Shown: piece by piece, positions 21,528 through 33,385 of the stretch
Layout of the letters: the number at the start of each line of letters is the position of its first letter
Numbering within the stretch: the first letter of the stretch is position 1
Origin: Christensenellales bacterium
GTDB taxonomy: Bacteria > Bacillota > Clostridia > Christensenellales > UBA1431
Direction: 5' to 3'
DNA length: 64,000 nucleotides
NCBI GenBank assembly: GCA_040772545.1
Contig: JAXGXY010000002.1
Coordinates: 82,841 to 146,840 of the forward strand
The notes under the pieces: generated by a model
What the model saw: only the letters and a program-made list of their open reading frames with translations
The model's database searches: none
What the model was told of the DNA's origin: nothing
Made by a program: the position numbers and the translations under genes

Positions 21528-22057
21528 TCGGCGGGGGAGAGGAGCGAAGTGAGGATGTGCGCGTACAACGCTGGCGACTGCGACTGCCACCGGCTGCACA
21601 GCTTCCGGGCCTCGTCCGCCGTCGCTACGTTCAGCTTGATGCGCATGATCTCGATGGTGCCTTCGGTCATCCAGAGTTCGGCAAGGTACTGGCCGTGCGC
21701 GATGCAGCGGTAGTCCGCGCCCGTCTGCGCCTGGAGCCTGAGGGTATCGGCGTGGTCCTGCATGTACGCGTTCAGGCGGCGGTGCAGGCTGCCGGGCAGG
21801 GTGGGCTCGAGGTTGTGAAGCACGTCCCTGCCTGCGGGGAGCAGGCGCAGCGCGTTGCCGGCCGACGTGCGCTGTTCCTGGATAAGGTTGGAGGAGACGA
21901 GCTGCGCGACCGCGAGCGAAACGTCGAAGAAATGCAGGTGAAGATGCCCGAGCAGGATGTCCTCGAGCTGTTGCCTCGTCAGCGCTACGTTCGCGCGGTG
22001 GAGCACGAAAAGCATGCAAAGTTTGGCCGTGTTTAAATCGGTAAGCCCTGACGCCAT
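21524..22057 (-). CDS. DUF4364 family protein (winged-helix-like, clostridial)
   Basis: 177 aa. The N-terminus 'LTDLNTAKLCMLFVLHRANVALTRQQLEDILL..HLHFFDVSLAVAQLVSSNLI' matches my memory of the DUF4364 pattern. Confidence 0.6.
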   Translation of the reverse strand: MASGLTDLNTAKLCMLFVLHRANVALTRQQLEDILLGHLHLHFFDVSLAVAQLVSSNLIQEQRTSAGNALRLLPAGRDVLHNLEPTLPGSLHRRLNAYMQDHADTLRLQAQTGADYRCIAHGQYLAELWMTEGTIEIMRIKLNVATADEARKLCSRWQSQSPALYAHILTSLLSPAD

Positions 22058-22114
22058 CTGAACCCAACCTCCGATTATTCATTATAGCATAAATGGGTGC
22101 ATACACAAAAAGGC

Positions 22115-22142
22115 TTGCATTTCCGCGGTTTTTCGGTATAAT
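22115..22142 (+). promoter_or_regulatory. sigma-A promoter for tRNA-Val
   Basis: TTGCAT (22115-22120), 16 nt spacer, TATAAT (22137-22142). It lies ~18 nt before the tRNA 5' end. Confidence 0.6.
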
Positions 22143-22160
22143 AAATGTTGCATGCGGCGC

Positions 22161-22237
22161 GGGGTTATAGCTCAGCTGGTCAGAGCGCTACGTTGACATC
22201 GTAGAGGTCGTTGGTTCGAGCCCAATTAACCCCACCA
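22161..22237 (+). tRNA. tRNA-Val (anticodon GAC)
   Basis: Acceptor GGGGTTA/TAACCCC. D arm GCTCAGCTGGTCAGAGC. Anticodon loop TTGACAT. T arm GTTGGTTCGAGCCCAAT. Encoded CCA. Confidence 0.93.
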
Positions 22238-22245
22238 GCGCATGG

Positions 22246-22282
22246 AATCAGGGTTTTCGCCTATTTGGCGGGCCCTGATTTT
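22246..22282 (+). terminator. terminator after tRNA-Val
   Basis: AATCAGGG...CCCTGATTTTCGTTT. Confidence 0.6.
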
Positions 22283-22497
22283 CGTTTGGGCTGCCCGATT
22301 CGGGCGCGCAATAGGCGGAGAACGTTTCGTATGCCGCCACGCCCGGAGAAAACGAGGTTCGATGCTTTTTGCCCCGGCTCCCGATGCCTGCGCGTTGGTT
22401 TTTCAAAGCATATGGAGAACCGTTGAAACAGTACCTTTGATTATTTTTGGAATATGCTGATTAGGCGACCGTAAAAGTTAGAAAGGGAGTCTCAAAG

Positions 22498-22809
22498 ATG
22501 AAAGACGGCAAATGCGTAGATTACTGCAAAGTGAATGATATATGCAACGACGAACATTGTCACCATGATTGCAAAAACGAAATTCTTTGTTGTGAGGCAA
22601 AGGTATGCAGATGCGGCGCAGAGCTTTTTTGCACGGTTGCTGAAAGGTTGTCGTGCGAAATAAAGATGGCGAGGAGTTCGCGGGAGCTGGCGTGCTTTAT
22701 CGAATTGAGCAACAGCTTTTTGATCGCCAGTGCGCAGAAAGAAAATGCGATCAGCAGCGTTTTATGTTGTCTCGGCGTGAATGAAGAAAAGATGCTTAAG
22801 TGTCCATAA
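22498..22809 (+). CDS. hypothetical cysteine-rich small protein
   Basis: 103-aa ORF in a visibly AT-richer patch. RBS AAAGGGAG. The N-terminal ~45 aa carry ~11 Cys ('CVDYCKVNDICNDEHCHHDCKNEILCCEAKVCRCGAELFC'). A hairpin terminator follows. Confidence 0.6.
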   Translation: MKDGKCVDYCKVNDICNDEHCHHDCKNEILCCEAKVCRCGAELFCTVAERLSCEIKMARSSRELACFIELSNSFLIASAQKENAISSVLCCLGVNEEKMLKCP

Positions 22810-22826
22810 GCGTTATTATTTAATAA

Positions 22827-22848
22827 GAAGGGAGCAAATGCTCCCTTC
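22827..22848 (+). terminator. hairpin terminator of the Cys-rich gene
   Basis: GAAGGGAGCaaatGCTCCCTTC. Confidence 0.6.
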
Positions 22849-22850
22849 TA

Positions 22851-22979
22851 GGCCGTCGACAAACCCTTCGGGATTTGTCGACGGTTTTCTGTGTGGAAAA
22901 AATGACTTTTTTTCCGCCAATCTGACGCACATGTCGTCAGATTGGATTGAAGGCGGGGGATTGCATCCCCACACCCCCT
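22851..22979 (+). repeat. family-1 modular four-hairpin element, copy 1
   Basis: GTCGACAAAcccttcgggaTTTGTCGAC; GGAAAAAAtgacTTTTTTTCC; CAATCTGACGcacatgtCGTCAGATTG; then GGATTGAAGG and GGGGGattgcatCCCCacaCCCCC. Near-identical to 36136-36266. Confidence 0.85.
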
Positions 22980-23265
22980 GCCAGTCCGGGGAGCATATCC
23001 TCCTTCTTTCCTGTTTTTCTTCGGAGGACCCTTGCCCGTCAGCCCGCCCATAATGTCCGCGCCTATGCACAAGGTGCCGTGTACGGTTTGCCGGGCAGGC
23101 CATATTCGATCGGTTTTCCTGCAGCATTTTGGTTGGCCGCACAAAAAGGTTCTTCTTTAACTCGCAGAACGCTTCATACTACCGGACGACTGGCTCCGGA
23201 TAATCGGCTGGAACCAGAGCCTGTCCGCGTTTCTTTTTCTTTATGCGATATTGTTTTGCGGGTGT

Positions 23266-23294
23266 TGACAAAGGACAAAGTAATTGGTAAGATA
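23266..23294 (+). promoter_or_regulatory. rRNA operon promoter candidate
   Basis: TTGACA (23266-23271), 17 nt spacer, TAAGAT (23289-23294), ~180 nt upstream of 16S. Confidence 0.5.
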
Positions 23295-23474
23295 ATAAAG
23301 CCGCCTGAGAGGCGGGTTTCGCCTTAAAGAGGCGGGAAGGCAGCAGCTTGAAAACTATACAGTACACCTAAGCAAGGTAAGAGACAGACAAAGAAGAAGC
23401 CAGAGAGACTTTGAGTTAAAGAGAACCCCGTCCGGTGTTTTGAGAGAAGAAGCGCGGGGCGGGACAAAGGATTT

Positions 23475-25016
<1,542 letters not shown>

Positions 25017-25207
25017 GGGAGTAAGGATTCGAGAGAATCGTACTTCATAGGTCGATAGTGTTTCTGGCAAGCGACATCGGCGAAGGGGTACTGTATGGTT
25101 TTGAGGCCGCTGGGCGTCTTAATGTAATTTAACTATGTTAAGATGGCATTCCTGCCTCAACGGCAGGGAGCGGGCTTCACTCTTGGACGTAAGCACGTCC
25201 CCGGGGT

Positions 25208-25327
25208 ATGGGGGCGGAGGCTCCCATGTTCAGCGACATGTGCGGCGAATCGGTGAAGAAACGGCGCCGGGAGCGGCGTTTCAACCGACCGGGAACCAGA
25301 CAAATCCCGAAGGGATTTGCTCTGGCC
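25208..25327 (-). repeat. family-1 element, degenerate copy in the 16S-23S spacer (inverted orientation)
   Basis: Starts GGGGTATGGGGG. CAGCGACATGTGCGGCG retains the conserved ACATGT loop. Also GAAACGGCGCcgggagCGGCGTTTC, AACCGACC, and CAGACAAATCCCgaaGGGATTTGCTCTG. Confidence 0.65.
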
Positions 25328-25335
25328 CAGCAGAC

Positions 25336-25390
25336 GGGGGTGTAGCTCAGCTGGGAGAGCACCTGCCTTGCACGCAGGGGGTCAGCGGTT
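25336..25390 (+). pseudogene. tRNA-Ala (UGC), 5' two-thirds only; T-arm and 3' acceptor strand not found
   Basis: GGGGGTGTAGCTCAGCTGGGAGAGCACCTGCCTTGCACGCAGGGGGTCAGCGGTTC is canonical up to T-loop 'TTC'. It then runs into TCGTCGGAGCAAACTACGCTCC (family-2 repeat). No ...CCGCTCACCCCCACCA follows. Confidence 0.6.
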
Positions 25391-25520
25391 CTCGTCGGAG
25401 CAAACTACGCTCCACTCCGAACCCCCTAAGCGCTTTGCGCGGCGGGGATTCGTCGCAACGCTCCGTTGCTCCTCCTTATCCCCACAAAGCTTGCGCTTTG
25501 CGGGGAGGTACTCGGGAAGG
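25391..25520 (+). repeat. family-2 spacer repeat, copy a
   Basis: CGTCGGAGCAAACTACGCTCC..CCCCTAAGCGCTTTGCGCGGCGGGGATTCGTCGC..CGCTCCGTTGCTCCTCC..CACAAAGCTTGCGCTTTGCGGGG. Related to 25605-25715 and, inverted, to 29115-29300. Confidence 0.7.
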
Positions 25521-25527
25521 GCTGTGT

Positions 25528-25604
<77 letters not shown>

Positions 25605-25715
25605 CCGCGTCGGAGCAAACTACGCTCTGCTCCCGCGTCGGAGCGGACTGCGCTTCGCTCGCTTACGGGCAAAGCCCGAAAGCTCGCGCGCTCCGTCGCT
25701 CCTCCTTTAACGTGA
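25605..25715 (+). repeat. family-2 spacer repeat, copy b (first module duplicated)
   Basis: CCGCGTCGGAGCAAACTACGCTCTGCTC followed by CCGCGTCGGAGCGGACTGCGCTTCGCTC, then ...CGCTCCGTCGCTCCTCCTTTAAC. Confidence 0.65.
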
Positions 25716-25764
25716 GAGGCGCTGGGGCCTCACCTTCTGGAAGGCAGAACGTTCCAGGGGGTAT

Positions 25765-25889
25765 GGGGGATCGCAATCCCCCATGTCAATCCAATCTGGC
25801 GACATGCGCGTCAGATTGGGGAAGAAATGTTGCGAAGTAACATTTCAACCGACCAGGAATCCGCATAGGGCCGAAGGCCCGAATGCGGC
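25765..25889 (-). repeat. family-1 element, copy in the 16S-23S spacer (inverted orientation)
   Basis: GGGGGATCGCAATCCCCC, TCAATCC, CAATCTGGCGACATGCGCGTCAGATTG, GAAATGTTGCGAAGTAACATTTC, AACCGACC. This is the reverse complement of the module order in copies 1-3. Confidence 0.75.
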
Positions 25890-26041
25890 AAGGAAAGCCG
25901 GAGGCTTTCCGGAAGAAGAGCACCTTGAAAACCGCATAACGAAGTAAAGCGAGAGCAAGAAAAGGGTAAGATGCGCTTTTAGAAGGAAAGTGCAGCATAC
26001 TGAAAGATTCGCTTGGTAAAACAAGAGTCAAGGGAAGAGAC

Positions 26042-28963
<2,922 letters not shown>

Positions 28964-29114
28964 ACGATTTTCAGGCGCTGCGTTAAGGCGCAAACCTTAC
29001 GTTTCTCGCACAAACGGCGTTATGCGGTTTTGAGGGTGTTTGGTCCTACGGCAATTAATATGCCGGGATGACGCTCGAATACGAGCAGGCACCATTACCC
29101 GCGCCAAAATGGAG

Positions 29115-29300
29115 GCGCAGCGGAGCGTAGTTTGCTACGACGCAGTAGCCCTACCTTCAAAATCCCCGCTAAAACCCTCCCCGGGAAAACCATGCAAAGC
29201 GTAGCTTTGCATGGAAGAGGAGGAGCAACGGAGCGGGGCGAAGAATCCCCGATCGCGAAGCGTAAAGGGGATTCAGAGCAAAGCGAAGTTTGCTACGACG
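29115..29300 (-). repeat. family-2 repeat material in the 23S-5S spacer (inverted)
   Basis: GGAGCGTAGTTTGCTACGACG; CCATGCAAAGCGTAGCTTTGCATGG; GGAGGAGCAACGGAGCG; GGGGCGAAGAATCCCCGATCGCGAAGCGTAAAGGGG. These are reverse complements of the copy-a modules. Confidence 0.65.
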
Positions 29301-29305
29301 AAGTT

Positions 29306-29421
<116 letters not shown>

Positions 29422-29430
29422 TTCCAATAT

Positions 29431-29505
29431 TCCTCAGTAGCTCAGCGGTAGAGCATCCGGCTGTTAACCGGAGGGCCGTAGGTTCAAATCCTACCTGAGG
29501 AGCCA
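29431..29505 (+). tRNA. tRNA-Asn (anticodon GUU)
   Basis: Acceptor TCCTCAG/CTGAGGA. Anticodon loop CTGTTAA. T arm GTAGGTTCAAATCCTAC. Encoded CCA. Confidence 0.92.
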
Positions 29506-29510
29506 GACAT

Positions 29511-29538
29511 AAAAGCGCATTCGACAGGATGCGCTTTT
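29511..29538 (+). terminator. rRNA operon terminator
   Basis: AAAAGCGCATtcgacaggATGCGCTTTT. Confidence 0.75.
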
Positions 29539-29647
29539 GGCGTGCCCTGTGCGGCTGGGGAGCCGCGAACGACGGAAGCCTTTTATATCCACCGGAAGGT
29601 GATTAATATATCGTTTTGTTTATTGTTGGAGAACCGCATTTATGATC

Positions 29648-30430
29648 TTATATCATCCGTGGAGCAAAGACGGGGGATAATCTGCAGAAGAAATCCATCA
29701 TGCAGGCATCTATTCCCGGTGTCAACCTCGATCTGTTTCGAATAATGCCCCTAATAATGATGTTTGCAGTCTTCTGGGGAGTTAATAGCAGAAATGAAAA
29801 TTTTTTCCGCAACTCCGCTTCCCTCATGTTGGTTTGCACGCCGGAATTGTCGATGATATTTGAACTGATCCCACCCGGGAAAACAGTCATGACCCGTACT
29901 CTCGTGTTTTTTAGTTCCGAGCGTAAGCCTTCCGTCAGAACTTTGACGGCGGCTTTGGAGGCCCCATAAATCGTTTGTCCTGGCACAGGAGTGAGTGCGC
30001 CGGAGCTTGAAACGTTTATTATATATGCTTCAGGACGTATGCACAGATATGGCAAAAACGTTTTTACCATGTTTAACGCCCCGTAAAAATTAATGCTGAT
30101 AACCCTTTGCGCAGTATCAAAACTGGTGTTGATAACGTCCAGAAAAGGTTGAATGATCCCGGCGTTATTTATTATTCCGTCAACTGCGCCATGCTTTGTT
30201 ATGATTTGTTCAGCAAGCGACGCAATGGACTTCAGATCCGCCACGTTTGCTTCGTGCGTTGTTAGCTTATCCTTATATTCCCCTGAACAATCGGCAGTTT
30301 CCTCTAACGCGCGCAGATTAATATCGACGGCCGCAACCCTTGCGCCCTTTGCGAGAAGATTAAAAACCAGTTCCCGGCCAACGCCGTTTCCGCCTCCGGT
30401 CACAACGAAAACCTTATCTTTTAATTTCAT
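29648..30430 (-). CDS. SDR family oxidoreductase
   Basis: 'VFVVTGGGNGVGRE' (TGxxxGxG), 'NNAGI', 'SSSGALTPVPGQTIYGASKAAV' (S..YxxxK). Lies in an AT-richer islet. Confidence 0.85.
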   Translation of the reverse strand: MKLKDKVFVVTGGGNGVGRELVFNLLAKGARVAAVDINLRALEETADCSGEYKDKLTTHEANVADLKSIASLAEQIITKHGAVDGIINNAGIIQPFLDVINTSFDTAQRVISINFYGALNMVKTFLPYLCIRPEAYIINVSSSGALTPVPGQTIYGASKAAVKVLTEGLRSELKNTRVRVMTVFPGGISSNIIDNSGVQTNMREAELRKKFSFLLLTPQKTANIIIRGIIRNRSRLTPGIDACMMDFFCRLSPVFAPRMI

Positions 30431-30609
30431 GAGTCACCTTCCGCAGAGTTGACTTTTCCCATATCTCATATTATATTCACCATGTGTATGGAAATAAACC
30501 AACTGTTGATTTAGAGACAGTTGTATGAAAGACGATTTTGCGCTATTTGATGCTCTCGCGACGCATGACAGTTATTTGGCACATGATCGAAGTCTAAAAG
30601 GAGGAAGCC

Positions 30610-31160
30610 ATGAAAGAGAATCAGCGTGTACGGCTGACGAAAAAGATGCTTCAGGATAGCCTGATATGGCTTCTGCCAAACAAAAGCATTCATAAAATAT
30701 CTGTCAGGGAAATTTGCGATAATGCTGAGATAAACCGTTCTACTTTCTATAAGTATTATGGGAGTCAATATGATCTGCTAAAGGACATGGAAAATGAGGT
30801 GCTTTTACAGATTGACGGCTATTTGAATGTAAGCAAAGACCAGCCCGACTACGATGTGCTGGCCCTTACCAGGATTGCTGTCTATTGCAGGAAAATCTTG
30901 ACCTGTGCAGGCTATTGATAAACAATACCGTGGATTCCGAATTCCCGGAAAAGCTGCTTAATCTCCCCATGATACGGCAGCTCTTGAGTGAACAGCTGAC
31001 AGAAGAGCGCGATAAAGCCGAGTTGGAGTACGTATCTCAGCTTGTTGTAAACGGCGGATTCAGCATCATAAAAAGATGGATCAACAAGGACGAGCGTGAA
31101 TCCCCGGAGAGAATCGCCAGGATTTTGGTAAACACGGTTTACAAACTATGTACAAACTAA
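30610..31160 (+). pseudogene. TetR/DhaS-like transcriptional regulator, apparent 1-nt frameshift near 30885
   Basis: N-terminal HTH 'ISVREICDNAEINRSTFYKYYGSQYDLL' in frame 1 stops at 30918. The continuation 'LQENLDLCRLLINN...GGFSIIKRWI' is in frame 3 from 30885. TATTGCAG is consistent with TAT(T)TGCAG having lost one T. Confidence 0.65.
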
Positions 31161-31433
31161 ACGGCACCGGGAGCTCCGATTCCGGTTACCCCGGCGCAAA
31201 CCCAAGAAACCCAGCCTGTATGCCTTAGCCTTTAACGGTTCCGGCATTATTTTTTGCTGATTACCGTAGCCGTTGTCAACGAGCCGGGCAACTCACCGAA
31301 AAAGCCTGCGGCTTCGCAGGGGTATTTCGCGGGGGCGGCCAGGGCGCCGTGCTATTATATATATTTTTTCTGCCGCGCCGGGGACAATATGGTAGAATGA
31401 AGGGAATTATTACCGATCATGAAGGAGGGTCAT

Positions 31434-32180
31434 ATGCCAACGCAGGTCATAGCGCATCGCGGGGCGTCCGCGTACTATCCCGAAAACACGATGGCGTCCT
31501 TCGAAGCGGCGGTGAAGATGGGCGCGGACGCTATAGAACTGGACGTGCACATGAGCGCGGACGGGCGGATCGTGGTCATCCACGACGAAACGCTGGAACG
31601 CACGACCAACGGCAGCGGGTACGTGCATGCGCATACCTGCGCAGAGCTTGAGGCGCTGGACGCGGGCATCCTGCGGCCGGGGTACGAAAAAGAACACATC
31701 CCGCTGCTAAAAGACGTCCTTACGTTTGCAAAAGAATCGGGCGTATGGGTGAACGTCGAGATCAAGGCGGGGAGCGTAAATTATCAGGGCATGGAGGAGA
31801 AACTGGCCGGCGCCGTGCGCGCGTGCGGGATGGAAGAGAGCGTGCTGTTTTCCTCCTTCGACCACTTCGCCCTGCTGCGGCTCAGGGAAGCCTGGCCGCA
31901 GGCGCAGACGGCGGTCCTGCACGTAAGCGCCCTCGTCGAGCCGTGGGAGTACGCGAAAAAGCTGGGCGCGCGGGCGATGCATCCGCTGTATGCCGTGGCG
32001 ATGCTCCCGGGATGGGTGGACGGCTGCCGCCGTCACGGCGTCGCCGTGAACGCCTGGACGGTGGACGACGAGGCGGCCATGGAATCGCTGTTTGGGATAG
32101 GCGTTAACGGACTGGTGACCAACAGGCCGGACGTCGCGCTGAGGGTCCGCGCGGCGTTGGACGGGCGGAAGGCGAAATGA
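31434..32180 (+). CDS. glycerophosphodiester phosphodiesterase
   Basis: ATG 31434 after GAAGGAGGG. 'VIAHRGASAYYPENT', 'IELDVHMSADGRIVVIHDETLERTTNG' are GDPD motifs. Confidence 0.88.
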   Translation: MPTQVIAHRGASAYYPENTMASFEAAVKMGADAIELDVHMSADGRIVVIHDETLERTTNGSGYVHAHTCAELEALDAGILRPGYEKEHIPLLKDVLTFAKESGVWVNVEIKAGSVNYQGMEEKLAGAVRACGMEESVLFSSFDHFALLRLREAWPQAQTAVLHVSALVEPWEYAKKLGARAMHPLYAVAMLPGWVDGCRRHGVAVNAWTVDDEAAMESLFGIGVNGLVTNRPDVALRVRAALDGRKAK

Positions 32181-32240
32181 AAAACACGGCGATGAAAGCC
32201 GCCCGTTTTGGCCGGTCCGAAACCGCTTGACGCCGATGGA

Positions 32241-33122
32241 TCAGCCGCGAGGCCCGCTCATGAAGAACAGCGCCAGCGTGCCCGCGCCCACGTGGGAGCC
32301 TATGACGGCGCCTATGGGGGAGATGACGATCTCTTCGCACGGATACGCTTTTTCCACCATTTCCCTGAGCGTCAGCGCGTCTTCGAGGCAGTCGCCGTGG
32401 CTGATCGCCACGGCCCCGCGGTCCCATCCTTCGATGTTGTCGGCCATCTTTTTAAAGAGCGTTTTAATAGCCTTTTTCCGGCTGCGCGCTTTTTCGACGG
32501 GTACGAGCTTCCCTTCCGTATTGACGCTGAGCACGGGCTTGATGCGCAGCAGCGTGCCGATCGCGGCGCTCGAACTCGAAAGCCTGCCTCCGCGTTTGAG
32601 GTGGCCGAGGTCGTCCACAGTGAACCAGTGGTGGGCGTTGAGCCTGTTTTCGAGGACCCAGTCGGCGACGGCGTCCAGGCTTTCACCGGCGTCGCGCATT
32701 TTTACCGCGTGCATCACCAGCAGGCCTTCTCCCAGGGAGGCGCCAAAAGAGTCCACGATGCGCATCCTCCTGTCCGGGAAACGATCCTTTAGCGTTTCGG
32801 CGGCGTTCAGCGCGCCTTCATACGAACCGGACAGGCCGCTGGAAAACGCGATATAGAGGATGTCTTTGCCGGATTCCAGGATGGGCGTCATGAACGCCAG
32901 GTACTCTTCCGCGGTGATCTGGGAGGTCGTGGAGAGCTTGCCTTCGCGCAGTTGATTATAAAACGAATGGTAGCCGTCGGCTGCGCCCTCGTTGTCGGCC
33001 CTTGCGACGCCGTCGATGATATAGGTGAGGGGGATGACCGCGAGCCCGTTTTTCTGGCAATAGGCTGCCGGGAGGTCCGAAGTCGAATCCGTCATCAGGA
33101 CGTAATCTGCCATTTCATGCAA
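32241..33122 (-). CDS. DegV family protein (second paralogue)
   Basis: 'MADYVLMTDSTSDLP', 'IVDSFGASLGEG', 'VDDLGHLKRGGRLS'. Start is 33122 or 33113. Confidence 0.85.
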   Translation of the reverse strand: MHEMADYVLMTDSTSDLPAAYCQKNGLAVIPLTYIIDGVARADNEGAADGYHSFYNQLREGKLSTTSQITAEEYLAFMTPILESGKDILYIAFSSGLSGSYEGALNAAETLKDRFPDRRMRIVDSFGASLGEGLLVMHAVKMRDAGESLDAVADWVLENRLNAHHWFTVDDLGHLKRGGRLSSSSAAIGTLLRIKPVLSVNTEGKLVPVEKARSRKKAIKTLFKKMADNIEGWDRGAVAISHGDCLEDALTLREMVEKAYPCEEIVISPIGAVIGSHVGAGTLALFFMSGPRG

Positions 33123-33258
33123 TATTTCCCTTCTATAAGGATAGATTCATTCTATCGTTATCCGATATAAAAATCAAGCAATCGTTCGCCCCAGCGCGGG
33201 CATCGGACCGGGGCGGCCCTAAAAAGATGGAAGATTTTTGTATAAATGCAACAAATGG

Positions 33259-33287
33259 TTGAATACGATGCAAAAATGTAATAGAAT
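33259..33287 (+). promoter_or_regulatory. sigma-A promoter candidate for the aminotransferase gene
   Basis: TTGAAT (33259-33264), 17 nt spacer, TAGAAT (33282-33287). Confidence 0.5.
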
Positions 33288-33385
33288 ATACAGACGGGGG
33301 TAGAAACGTCCGTTAAAATGAATGATGCATTACGCTGTCCTTCATCGCTTACGGATGCTAAAGAAGTTTTGGGAGGCATATCATC

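Noticed and set aside
22915-22960. CRISPR array: hairpin 3 plus GGATTGAA(A/G)G looks like a type I-C repeat.
   Set aside because: The copies are solitary and kilobases apart. There is no repeat-spacer periodicity and no cas genes in the window. The resemblance is kept only as a remark under the family-1 finding.
29431-31330. tRNA-Asn-targeted integrative island.
   Set aside because: There is no integrase and no direct repeat of the tRNA-Asn 3' end at the distal boundary. It is reported only as a compositional islet.
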